The position numbers and the translations under genes are program-made. DNA of 61,089 nt, filler included. It is 7 parts of 7 records of this genome, joined end to end, with 100 filler letters (N's around TTAATTAATTAA, not from the genome) between each part and the next. Parts side by side here need not be neighbours in the genome. Positions count along the whole stretch, not along the records: positions 35,877 to 41,404 come from SRR31156797_16597; positions 41,505 to 49,157 come from SRR31156797_16606; 5 more parts are not named here. One strand, written 5' to 3'. Positions 38,449-48,500 of this stretch are shown here, piece by piece. Each line of letters starts with the position of its first letter. Positions within the stretch are counted from its first letter, which is position 1. Below the pieces are notes generated by a model, which saw nothing but the letters and a program-made list of their open reading frames with translations, was not told the DNA's origin and searched no databases.

Positions 38449-39696
38449 TTATCCAAATTTTGCTTGGTTTTCATATAAAAGCAAAGGAGGCTCACCTTTA
38501 GTGATAACCTCTTCATTAATGATACATTCCCGAATTTCCGGAATCGATGGAATGTCGTACATAATTTCCAACATGAGCGATTCAAGAATCGCCCGCAGGC
38601 CCCTGGCTCCGGATTTTCGTTTAAGCGCTGCCTCAGCCACGGCCGTCAGGACTTCATCCGTAAATTTCAGTTCCACGTCTTCCAGCTCGAACAGTTTTTT
38701 ATACTGTTTGGTCAAAGCATTTTTAGGTTCCGTAAGTATACGGACAAGCGCATCCAGACTCAGTTCGTTCAAAGTGGTCACAATGGGGATACGGCCGATG
38801 AATTCAGGAATCAGGCCGAACTTGATCAAGTCTTCCGGTTGAACAAGGCCCATGATTTCATTGATATCAACATCACCCTTCCCTTTGATGTCCGCCTCGA
38901 ATCCCATCAATTTACTTCCGATGCGATTTCTGATGATCCGATCCATACCGTTGAAGGTTCCACCACAGATGAACAGAATGTTGCTGGTATCCACTTTGAC
39001 GAAATCCTGCTGAGGGTGTTTTCTCCCGCCCTTGGGCGGAACATTTGCCAAGGTGCCTTCAATGATTTTCAAAAGGGCCTGCTGTACCCCTTCACCGGAG
39101 ACATCGCGGGTGATGGACGGACTATCCGACTTTCGTGCTATCTTGTCGATTTCATCAATGTAAACGATGCCTTTACATGCCGAGTCCACATCGTAGTCCG
39201 CCATCTGAACCAGGTTCAAAATAATATTTTCAACGTCTTCCCCCACATAGCCGGCTTCCGTCAAGGTGGTGGCATCCGCAATGGTAAAGGGCACTTTCAA
39301 TATCCTGGCAAGGGTTTGGGCGAGGAGGGTTTTTCCCGAGCCCGTGGGTCCAATGAGCAGGATATTGCTCTTTTCGATCTCAACCCCTTCCATATCCACT
39401 TTGGTGTTTATCCGTTTATAGTGGTTGTGAACAGCCACGGAAAGGACCTTCTTTGCTTTGTCCTGTTCTATGACATACTCGTCCAGGGTTTCCTTGATCT
39501 CGACGGGCTTTAAAAGCTGAGACCCATCTTCCTCATCCTCCTGGTTGTATTCTTCCGCAATAATTTCGTTGCAAAGTTGTATACATTCGTCACAAATATA
39601 CACCGAAGGGCCTGCAATGAGCTTCTTTACCTCATCCTGGCTCTTTCCACAAAAGGAACACAGCAGGTCATCATTGGAAATGTCGTTCTTGCCCAT
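38449..39696 (-). CDS. clpX: Clp protease ATP-binding subunit ClpX
   Basis: CSFCGK...CDEC zinc finger, [34 protein letters not shown]. Confidence 0.98.
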   Translation of the reverse strand: MGKNDISNDDLLCSFCGKSQDEVKKLIAGPSVYICDECIQLCNEIIAEEYNQEDEEDGSQLLKPVEIKETLDEYVIEQDKAKKVLSVAVHNHYKRINTKVDMEGVEIEKSNILLIGPTGSGKTLLAQTLARILKVPFTIADATTLTEAGYVGEDVENIILNLVQMADYDVDSACKGIVYIDEIDKIARKSDSPSITRDVSGEGVQQALLKIIEGTLANVPPKGGRKHPQQDFVKVDTSNILFICGGTFNGMDRIIRNRIGSKLMGFEADIKGKGDVDINEIMGLVQPEDLIKFGLIPEFIGRIPIVTTLNELSLDALVRILTEPKNALTKQYKKLFELEDVELKFTDEVLTAVAEAALKRKSGARGLRAILESLMLEIMYDIPSIPEIRECIINEEVITKGEPPLLLYENQAKFG

Positions 39697-39707
39697 AACC
39701 TTCTTTC

Positions 39708-40316
39708 CTATTTTTCGTCGGTTAACGAATCTTTGATTTCTCTTTTATGAATAACCTTGTCGATAATGCCGTATTCTTTGGCCTGCTGGCTGTCCATAAA
39801 AAAATCACGCTCAGTATCTTCACGGATCCTTTTGATGTCCGTACCCGTATGGTCGGCAAGAATCCGATTGAGGCTATCCCTGATTTTAAGTATTTCCCTG
39901 GCTTGGATATCGATATCCGTTGCCTGACCCTGAGCCCCCCCCAGGGGCTGGTGTATCATGATCCTGGAATGGGGCAGGGCATACCGTTTATCTTTGGCCC
40001 CGGCAGCCAGAAGAACCGCCGCCATACTGGATGTTTGTCCCATACAGATGGTGGCCACGTCCGGCTTAATATACTGCATGGTATCGTAGATGGCCATTCC
40101 GGCTGTGACGGAACCTCCGGGAGAGTTGATGTACATATGGATGTCTTTGTCCGGGTCTTCGGATTCCAGGAAAAGCAACTGCGCAATAATGGTATTGGCC
40201 ATGGGGTCGGCCACCTGATCCGTAATAAATACAATACGATCCTTCAGCAATCGGGAATAAATATCATAAGCCCTTTCACCGCGGCTTGACTGTTCTATCA
40301 CCATGGGTATTAACAT
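39708..40316 (-). CDS. clpP: Clp protease proteolytic subunit ClpP
   Basis: [21 protein letters not shown] (Ser), HQP (His), ERD (Asp). Confidence 0.98.
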   Translation of the reverse strand: MLIPMVIEQSSRGERAYDIYSRLLKDRIVFITDQVADPMANTIIAQLLFLESEDPDKDIHMYINSPGGSVTAGMAIYDTMQYIKPDVATICMGQTSSMAAVLLAAGAKDKRYALPHSRIMIHQPLGGAQGQATDIDIQAREILKIRDSLNRILADHTGTDIKRIREDTERDFFMDSQQAKEYGIIDKVIHKREIKDSLTDEK

Positions 40317-40322
40317 GCGTGT

Positions 40323-41402
40323 CTATTGAACCTCCGTTTCATCGCTTTTGTCAGGCGTCAGCGCTCCGGCCTCCACCTCTTTAATCTTGGCGTTTTCCAC
40401 GAGGTAGTCCAATGTTTTTTCCTCTAGCATCTGTTCCCGTAAAATATCCACTTCCCCGCGTGCTTCGTAATATTTCCTGATGGTCTCTACATCTTGTCCC
40501 ATGCCCTGGGCCAGTTTTTCAAGCCCTTCCGTAAATTCATCGTCACTGAGGGTAATCTCGTCCTGTTTTGCAATCTGACCCAGGATGAGCCTTTCCCTGA
40601 CGCGACTTTCAGAAGAAGGTACAAACTGTTGTTCCAACATTTCGGGCGAAATGCCCGCTTTTTCAAAACTGGATCCGCTTCTCTCAAAGTTGGACTGAAG
40701 GCTCTTGATGGAGAACGCCACTTCGGCATCAACCAATACCCGGGGAACTTCGAACTCGGTTCCTTCGGAAATTTTTCCGAGCAGTCTCCGCTTCAGATCC
40801 TGTTCCACACGGTTTTCTTCCTGGGTAACAACATTTTTTTCGATCTGTTCCTTCAGACCGTTTAAGTCCTCGAAATCGGCACCGAGATTTTTCGCAAACT
40901 CGTCATTTAACTCCGGAAGATTGCGCTCTTTGATGTCCACAATGGAAACTTCAAAACGAACGGTTTTCCCCTTAAGGTTGATATTGGCATAATCTTCCTC
41001 AAAATCGACGACGATCTCCTTCTCATCATCCTTATTGAGCCCGACCAGCGCCTCATCGAATTTTTCGTGAATATCGTTTTTACCGACATTCAATAAATAA
41101 TTTTCATTCTTCACTCCCTCCAGAGGCTGCTCGTTTTCAAACCCCCGGTAGTTGATAACAACAAAATCCCCCTCCCGTACGGGCCGGGGCTCTTCCAGGG
41201 ATTCAAATTTTCCATTCCCATCTCTGATCTGCTCAAGCCTTTTCTGGACTTCATCTTCTCCAATGGAGACCATTTCCTTTTCAGCGTCCAGGCCCAGATA
41301 GTCTTTCACCTCGAACTCAGGGCGAACCTCCATGGTTGCAGAATAAACAAACTTTTCGTCCGGTTTGACGGGGCCCTTTTCCAATTGGGGCTGGCCCAGG
41401 GG
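40323..41402 (-). CDS. tig: Trigger factor (5'-truncated)
   Basis: EVRPE, GDFVVINY, LKGKTVRFEV, LPELNDEFAK; canonical tig-clpP-clpX-lon order. Confidence 0.93.
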   Translation of the reverse strand, partial: PLGQPQLEKGPVKPDEKFVYSATMEVRPEFEVKDYLGLDAEKEMVSIGEDEVQKRLEQIRDGNGKFESLEEPRPVREGDFVVINYRGFENEQPLEGVKNENYLLNVGKNDIHEKFDEALVGLNKDDEKEIVVDFEEDYANINLKGKTVRFEVSIVDIKERNLPELNDEFAKNLGADFEDLNGLKEQIEKNVVTQEENRVEQDLKRRLLGKISEGTEFEVPRVLVDAEVAFSIKSLQSNFERSGSSFEKAGISPEMLEQQFVPSSESRVRERLILGQIAKQDEITLSDDEFTEGLEKLAQGMGQDVETIRKYYEARGEVDILREQMLEEKTLDYLVENAKIKEVEAGALTPDKSDETEVQ

Positions 41403-41404
41403 GA

Positions 41405-41504
41405 NNNNNNNNNNNNNNNNNNNNNNNNNNNNNNNNNNNNNNNNNNNNTTAATTAATTAANNNNNNNNNNNNNNNNNNNNNNNNNNNNNNNNNNNNNNNN
41501 NNNN
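41405..41504. other. Artificial contig spacer
   Basis: N run with TTAATTAATTAA. Confidence 0.98.
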
Positions 41505-41529
41505 GGGGCGTATTGCAATACGCCCCTAC
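41505..41529 (-). repeat. GTAG-type REP-like hairpin
   Basis: Minus strand GTAGGGGCGTATTGCAATACGCCCC downstream of PEPCK, at the contig edge. Confidence 0.65.
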
Positions 41530-41555
41530 TATTTATATAATCTGTTTAAATTAAT

Positions 41556-43199
41556 TCACTCCAACTCATCAATCACATGCTGCAAGGAGGCCAAAGCATC
41601 CTTGGGCAGTTTGTCACGTCCACCTTTAACAGAATTCCGGGATGATACGAATTTAAGTCGTTCTGAAAAACGCTTGATAAAAGCTTCTCTGTAATATTTG
41701 TTATCCAGAGAGGTTTCAAAACCGTCGATCTCCATGATCTTGATATCATCGAAGGGACTCCAGGGTATAAAGTTTTCCCTGTCCTCGATAATAGTTTCGA
41801 TAATACCCAAGGTGTGTTGAGGTTCGACTTTCTTACCCATGAAGTATCCCGTATTAAGGACGTAGCATTTTACACCGTCTTCGATCAACTTTTTAAAGCG
41901 ATTGTAATCCAACTCAAGCGGATATGTTCTGAAAGGATTGGCGTAGGGTTCAACAACCAGTGCATCGGGATCTACGCCGGGTGCAAGCCTTTCGGCTGAG
42001 GTTCGTTTTGTTGCCAATGTAGCACCCATGGCGGCACCCAGTGAAGCACCTTCCAATTTAATAACAGGGGGCAGAGTGGGATCTTTCATTAACCAAAAGA
42101 TCGCATTGATCGGTTCGTTTACACGGTCTACACGATTGGGTGACCAAAGTTTAGATTTAACTGCCCTTCCGTTTCCATTCCTGAGGTCTTCGGTAACGGG
42201 ATATATTTTCCCGTCGCTATACTCAACAGCGCCGTTATTTTGAAGCGTAAGGATGAATTTATTGTCTTCGCAATCCATCGGATAATCCTGGGTCTTATCA
42301 AAATAAGACGGTTCCAGTGCGATGGAATACTTCTTTTCCGCATTGATGATGAAAGCATCGTCATGCAATACCGTTACATCGTATTTCCCATGGTGGACAT
42401 CATGAGTAATGGTTGATTTTCCGGACCCCGAAAGACCAAATACAGCAACCGTGTATGCTCCGTCATCAAGGTTATAGCGTTTTAATCCGCCGTGGCATGA
42501 GGCATATCCATTTCTGGCTGCGGTGCCCCAACCCAGGGTTAAGGTGCCTTTTTTAAATTCACCGAAATAACGCATACCCAGGAGTGCTGCACAATTATGA
42601 TCCGGATCGAAAAACGTTAATCCCATTGGATGGTCCTCATGTTTCCATTCCGGATCCGTGAATATAAAAATATCGCCTTCGGGCAATTCCCGTGATGAAG
42701 CGTAACGTTCTTTGATCTCTTCGGAGATATATTGGAAATTGAGCATCCATGACAATAGATTATTCTCAAAGTTTTCCGGTATCAAAAGATGAGCCTTGAC
42801 CATGAAATCCTCGTCAAGTCCGATCACCGCTTCGGCGTGATACATTTTCCGATCACGTGTATTGTAGACGGCTTCCCTGATCTTGGACGCATAACTTGCC
42901 ATATCCACATCGGGTTCTCCGATAATGCGGCGTGCGGCAGCACATCTGCCATAAACGGCGCCATCGTTGAATAACAGAACGTTCGCATCTTTGGGTAAGC
43001 CCTGTTCCTCAGGCTTGAATATCGGCATGCCGGTCAGTTCGATCGTTCCCGGTGAGACCTTTGCAAGGGAGTATGCTTCAGCTACGGTTTTGACCGATGT
43101 GACGTTATTACGATGAAAAGCAGATTGAATGGTTGTGCGGATCTGTGAACATAGTTCTTTGAAACCATCATCTTGGCGGTAATGTCCTATTGTTGCCAT
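41556..43199 (-). CDS. pckA: Phosphoenolpyruvate carboxykinase (ATP)
   Basis: YFGEFKKG, CHGG, GLSGSGKST P-loop, HDD, FDKT, NGR, NPF motifs. Confidence 0.88.
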   Translation of the reverse strand: MATIGHYRQDDGFKELCSQIRTTIQSAFHRNNVTSVKTVAEAYSLAKVSPGTIELTGMPIFKPEEQGLPKDANVLLFNDGAVYGRCAAARRIIGEPDVDMASYASKIREAVYNTRDRKMYHAEAVIGLDEDFMVKAHLLIPENFENNLLSWMLNFQYISEEIKERYASSRELPEGDIFIFTDPEWKHEDHPMGLTFFDPDHNCAALLGMRYFGEFKKGTLTLGWGTAARNGYASCHGGLKRYNLDDGAYTVAVFGLSGSGKSTITHDVHHGKYDVTVLHDDAFIINAEKKYSIALEPSYFDKTQDYPMDCEDNKFILTLQNNGAVEYSDGKIYPVTEDLRNGNGRAVKSKLWSPNRVDRVNEPINAIFWLMKDPTLPPVIKLEGASLGAAMGATLATKRTSAERLAPGVDPDALVVEPYANPFRTYPLELDYNRFKKLIEDGVKCYVLNTGYFMGKKVEPQHTLGIIETIIEDRENFIPWSPFDDIKIMEIDGFETSLDNKYYREAFIKRFSERLKFVSSRNSVKGGRDKLPKDALASLQHVIDELE

Positions 43200-43209
43200 A
43201 GGATGCCTC

Positions 43210-44508
43210 TTATTTTTTCAATTCTTTACAAGCACTGTATAAGTTTTCGAAAAGTTGCTCGATCTTGTCAAGGGCAACGGCGGAATATGCTAAACGCAAA
43301 ACGCCGCGGATGTAGATAATACCGGTGTCATATTTCTCTATGAGTGTCTTTCTTACAAGATCACCATCAAGACCATCTACAAGATCCACGCACATGAAAT
43401 ATCCGGAATTATAGGGGAGAGGAGTAAAGAATTCCGAATATCGATCTTTGTTCTTTGCCATGATCTCTTTGACCTTTTCATAGCGGGATCTTAAAAGCTT
43501 GAAATACTCTTTTTTCTCTTCGGCATATTCAGGGCGACTGAATGCTTCCAGTAGCAAGGATTGAGAAATGTGCGGTGAAGAAGAGACCGAGGAACGAATT
43601 CCACCGGCGACTTTATCTTCCAACATTTTATAGACTTCTGAGGATAAGCCTTTACCCCCGAAGGTGATAAATCCCGTGCGGAAACCCCAAACGTAATCTT
43701 CCTTGGTCGCACCGTCAGCCTTTATAGCCAGGACATTTTCATGAAGATCCGTAAGATAGGCGAAAGGTGATTGCGTTTCTACATCATCTTCATAGACCAA
43801 GCCAAAATAAGCATCATCACAGATCGCAAGAATATGATTCCCGCGTTCCGCGCTTGCTTTGATCAATTCTGTTATCTTTTTCATTTCGATCTTTGTGGGA
43901 GTATAGCCGGTCGGGTTATTGGGGAAGTTCATGATCAGAACTTTTTTCCCGATCGACCCTTTCATAAGGCGGTCTTCAAGACCTTTCAAATCCATGCCGT
44001 TGCCATCGTAAAACGGGTAGATATCAAAGTTGACATCACAGCGTTCTTTCACCAGCATATTATAATTGCCCCAATATTTATCCGCAACGATCACCGTATC
44101 GCCGGCATCAAGAAATAGCATTGAGATAATGCTTAGTCCATGAGACAGGGCAACGGTCACCACAGGCAGGGATGTCAGCTTACCTTCAAGAGAAGGATTC
44201 TTTTGAAGTTGCATGGTCTTCCATAATTCTCTAAGGGCAGTAACGCCGGAATTGGGAGCGTAAGGAAAGATCTTCCCCGGATCAAGTATGATCATATCTT
44301 CCAGAGAAGAAAGATGAACGGGAGATGTATCATCTTGAAGCGCGATACCGATGGTTGCATTGATAGCTGTGCCTTTTGCCTGCATGCTTTGAGACAGGAT
44401 CCCGCTCTTTGGAAAATAGGATTCTCTGCCTTTTTGAGAAAGTAAACCATAGATAATAGGTGCTTCTTTCTTTAATCGTTCATTCAGTTCAATGGCAAGT
44501 TGGTTCAT
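43210..44508 (-). CDS. Class I/II PLP-dependent aminotransferase (aspartate aminotransferase-like)
   Basis: NATIG, YWGNY, NFPNNPTGY, DDAY, GATKEDYVWGFRTG; start reassigned to MNQLAI after GGGAGAG. Confidence 0.88.
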   Translation of the reverse strand: MNQLAIELNERLKKEAPIIYGLLSQKGRESYFPKSGILSQSMQAKGTAINATIGIALQDDTSPVHLSSLEDMIILDPGKIFPYAPNSGVTALRELWKTMQLQKNPSLEGKLTSLPVVTVALSHGLSIISMLFLDAGDTVIVADKYWGNYNMLVKERCDVNFDIYPFYDGNGMDLKGLEDRLMKGSIGKKVLIMNFPNNPTGYTPTKIEMKKITELIKASAERGNHILAICDDAYFGLVYEDDVETQSPFAYLTDLHENVLAIKADGATKEDYVWGFRTGFITFGGKGLSSEVYKMLEDKVAGGIRSSVSSSPHISQSLLLEAFSRPEYAEEKKEYFKLLRSRYEKVKEIMAKNKDRYSEFFTPLPYNSGYFMCVDLVDGLDGDLVRKTLIEKYDTGIIYIRGVLRLAYSAVALDKIEQLFENLYSACKELKK

Positions 44509-44520
44509 CTCTCTCCCTTT

Positions 44521-44555
44521 AACAGTTGACAATTGACAAAGGACAATTGAAAATT
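44521..44555. repeat. Degenerate heptamer tandem repeat (GACAATT-like x5)
   Basis: AACAGTT GACAATT GACAAAG GACAATT GAAAATT directly upstream of the aminotransferase RBS. Confidence 0.7.
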
Positions 44556-44873
44556 AATGGTTAAAATTAAAAGAAAAATATATGAATAATATTCGTCAAA
44601 GTAAATTGAATTAGTCGAAATAGAACGACAAAAGTAAAAATAATGCAGTGAAATTCAGCAAAATAGGGGATTTGTATTTTGTCGACTTGTTGATGAATCG
44701 GGAACTTGATTGATGATTCATTAGGGAGAATTTGATTTTAAGAAATAAGTATTTTCAATGGAAATATATCACTTTCAAATCTCAAAAATGCAATGTGCAA
44801 TTGAATATTCTTGATTAGATGAGTGATTTTGTTGTAAAATCTATCCATTGAAAAAATATACTGCGGAAGACGA

Positions 44874-45377
44874 ATGAAAGAGATCACATTTATCACCACC
44901 GGTGGAACAATAGAAAAGACATATAACGAGCACAACGGAGCTTTAAGCAACCAACATTCTATTTTATCCAAGATCCTGGCTACATTACGTTTACAGGATG
45001 TGAATGTAAGTCAGCGTGACGTGATCTTTAAAGATTCTTTGGACATGACAGAGATCGACAGGGAGATCATCCTGGATATTTCACGTCAGGCTATGACAAC
45101 ATCGGATGCGATCATTATTTTGCATGGAACCGACACCATGGAGATCACAGGTGACTTATTGTATCGTGAGATCCCGGATCCCCAATGCCCAATTATTTTT
45201 ACCGGTGCCATGCGTCCATACGAATTCCGTGATAGTGATGCCGGCCAGAATGTGACTGAAGCCTTATTCGCGGCCGTTCTTGTTGAACCCGGTATTTACG
45301 TTGCCATGCATAATAAGTTGCTGGCATTTCCCGGTGTGAAGAAGGACAGGGAGAAGTTGACGTTTATTAAAGAATAA
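44874..45377 (+). CDS. Short, single-domain L-asparaginase family protein
   Basis: TTGGTI, KDSLDM, HGTDTM, FTGAMRP, SDA.QN; ends at 167 aa with TAA. Confidence 0.85.
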   Translation: MKEITFITTGGTIEKTYNEHNGALSNQHSILSKILATLRLQDVNVSQRDVIFKDSLDMTEIDREIILDISRQAMTTSDAIIILHGTDTMEITGDLLYREIPDPQCPIIFTGAMRPYEFRDSDAGQNVTEALFAAVLVEPGIYVAMHNKLLAFPGVKKDREKLTFIKE

Positions 45378-45380
45378 TAC

Positions 45381-45411
45381 AGTGACGAGTAACTAGTAAC
45401 GAGTGACTAGT
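45381..45411 (+). repeat. Heptamer tandem repeat AGT(G/A)AC(G/T) x4
   Basis: AGTGACG AGTAACT AGTAACG AGTGACT AGT, 3 bp after the asparaginase stop. Confidence 0.8.
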
Positions 45412-45442
45412 CAAGGCACAAAGAAGAAGTATAAAGAAAAAA

Positions 45443-45466
45443 GTAGGGGTTGGACATGTCCAACCC
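45443..45466 (+). repeat. GTAG-type REP-like hairpin
   Basis: GTAG followed by the perfect palindrome GGGTTGGACATGTCCAACCC. Confidence 0.65.
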
Positions 45467-45535
45467 GTTTTATATTTAATAAATATTCTATATTCAGGTT
45501 ACCCACCTTCGTCAAGACTATGGCGGGCAGGCAGG

Positions 45536-48500
45536 TTATTTCATCAACGCAATTTTTTGGATTTGAAGTTGCTCATCCACAAGTATTCTGACAACATAAA
45601 CACCCGTTGACAGGTCGCGGCCGTCAATGTACAGCTCATGTGAACCGGCATTCATATTTTGATTGATCAAGTTTCTGATCTTGCGCCCTTTCAGATCGTA
45701 AAGATCTGCCATGACATATTTCTCTGTAGCCAGATTAACAGGTATCAAGGTGGCGGGATTGAAAGGATTCGGGAAAGCTTTACCGATGGAATAACTCATA
45801 GCTGAAGCTTCCTGACCTGCCATGATCGTGATGGCCATGTCTGTATGACGGGTTTCAATATTTGCGTATGAGAGATCAGCCAAAACATAAGTATAGGTCA
45901 TGCCCGGTATGATAAATGGATCGGTAATAGAGTAAGTATTTCTTTCACTGGTCGTTCCCGCTCCGTCTATAGAGGCAATGATCTCCTCATTTCGGTATAC
46001 CAGAAAACACGCATTATCCGTTTCACTTTCGGTTGTCCAATTCAATGTAATAACGCCATTGACGTATTCTGCCGTAAATAATTCAAGCGTTACAGGTAGG
46101 GCTTGGTCGTTGCCCTTAGTTCCGGGAGATCCTTTATCCCCGGTTTCACCATTGTAATTATTCTGACGTAAAGTCGCCGTGCCCCAATTCCCATAAAGAT
46201 TATTGTCATCGGTGTCGGTACCTGTAAATACGGCGGATGCGCCCACGGGGATCGGCCAATTCGTGCCATCGTCATATGCAACTCTGTCTATTTCAGTGCT
46301 GCCGTCTTTAATAATGATCTCATCTCCGCCATTGGCGAGAGAAAAGTTGCTGTATTTATAATCGCAGGGGTAGTCGCCGTTCGTTACCGAACTGGAATCT
46401 ATACCCAACACCAGGAATGCATTAGCTGCAATATTAAGTGTGCCACCATTATCAATGGTATGTGAATCCGTACCATCATCACTCAAGGTCCAGCCATCAA
46501 TATTTACGGTTTCCGTTCCGGCATTATAGATCTCGAACCATTCTCCGTTCACATCACCGACAGCATCGGGATTGATCATCATTTCTGAAATAATGATCTT
46601 TACGGGAGCTGAAGTAGCCTGCGAACCGGAGGGAATAAGGCCATCGGTTTTATAATCGATATTCGATCCGGAATTTGTATAAGGATAGATCTTGAAATAG
46701 TAAGTCGTTGAAGCGTTCAATCCCGTCCATGTGTAAGTTTGGGTTCCATGGGTAACATTAATAGCACCACTGCCATCCGAAAGATCCGTATCATCAGAAA
46801 CAGTTGAAGCATCTGTCGGATCACTTATGGCAACAAAAGAAGAGGAGCTTGCTTTGATCAGAAAATCGTGCGCAGCTATCGCACCATCATTATCTGACCA
46901 TGTAAGTGTAATACTGCTTGATGTTGAACTTGCTGAAAAACTTGTAACATGATTGCTGGGTTCGGCGGTAACTGTTGTCTCATCGGCACTGACTGAGTTT
47001 GAGTAACTTGTCGATCCGTCAAGCGACCAGGCTCTATAATAATAATGAGTGGCACCGCTCAGGCCTGTGTGGTTGAAAGATGTTCCAACGCCTTTATAAA
47101 TTACGGTTCCTCCCAAAGCTGAGGATGAAACGGTGTAATCCGTAGCATCCACCGGATCAGTGAAACTTCCGTCCGTATCATAAACAACCAGCACGGTATC
47201 GCTATTTCCATTTAGCGTCCATGATAAATTGATCTGAGATGCTGAAGCAGCTGATGCTGCAAATGAGCCGGGTGAATCTACAGTGGGGGCCGATACGGTG
47301 TGTGAGCCGGGCGTACAGTCCGCAACATTACCGGGATCTGTGATCGTCCATTCTGAAGAGGTCCAGGTTGTGTTGGGTTCTGAAATACTTGAGTTCCTTA
47401 CTGCAACAGCATCAAGGTATTCCCAATCATAACCGCTTCCGTCCTGATCAATGACACCATAGGCATCTACGAGCGTACCCGATGAGTGATCACCGCCAGA
47501 ATACAGGAAATAACCATCATCACCGTTTCCGGAAATACTGCCATGATATTGGTCTGCGGTCGTTGGTGCAAACTCAGTTTCAAAGGTCGTTTGATTGTAT
47601 GCGATCACATAGGTGCCGCCTGCTGCGATGGTTCCAGTAAGCGCAATGTCTGCCCAGGTACCGCCGTTCGCTTGGCGGGCGATATACCAGGAATCTGCAC
47701 TGAAGTCAACGGATGATCCACCGGCATTGTAAAACTCAACGAATTTAGCGTTGGCTACATCACTTGGATCAGAGACCTCCGAAATAAATATGATCGGTCC
47801 CGCAGGTGCTTCGGTGGTTGCCTGAGTGACACTTGGAATGGTTCCGTCTGTTTTATAATCAAGATCATTACCGCTATTGGTAATGGGCCATATTTTAAAA
47901 TAATAAGTTGATTCTGCACTTAAGCCTGAAAATTCGTAGGTCTGTACTCCATGGGCGACCGTTACATTTGCAGATCCATCTGAAAGATCGCTGTCGCCGG
48001 ATAGGTCATCACCGTCTATGGGATCGCTGATCGCGGCAAGCGAAGTTGAACTTGCTTTGATCCTGTAATTATCGGCAACTACAGCCCCGTCATTGTCTGT
48101 CCATGTCAGGGTGACGCTGTTATGGTCAGAGCTTCCTGCAAAGCTTGCAACATGATTGGATGCCTCAGCTTTAAGGGTGGAAATATCATCAGAGACACCT
48201 GAAGAATAGTTATTGGAGCCGTCAACTGACCATGCCTTATAATAATAATGGGTATCGGATGTCAAGCTTTCGTGACTTGTCATAGTGCCACTGCTATTAT
48301 AAATGACCGTTCCTCCAAGCGCTGAGGATGAAACGCTGTATGTCGTTCCGTCAACAGGATCGGTGAAGGTATTATCAAGATCGTAAACGATCATTACATT
48401 ATCGCCGGAGGCGTTTTTTGTCCACTCTAATTCGATCAGATCCGAACCTGAAGCATTGGCTTGGAAATTGGTCGGGTTATCAACACTTGTCGCTGCTGCC

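Noticed and set aside
45375-45535. Frameshift or stop read-through restoring a full-length asparaginase
   Set aside because: The stop is TAA, and only 160 bp of repeat-rich DNA follow before the convergent gene.
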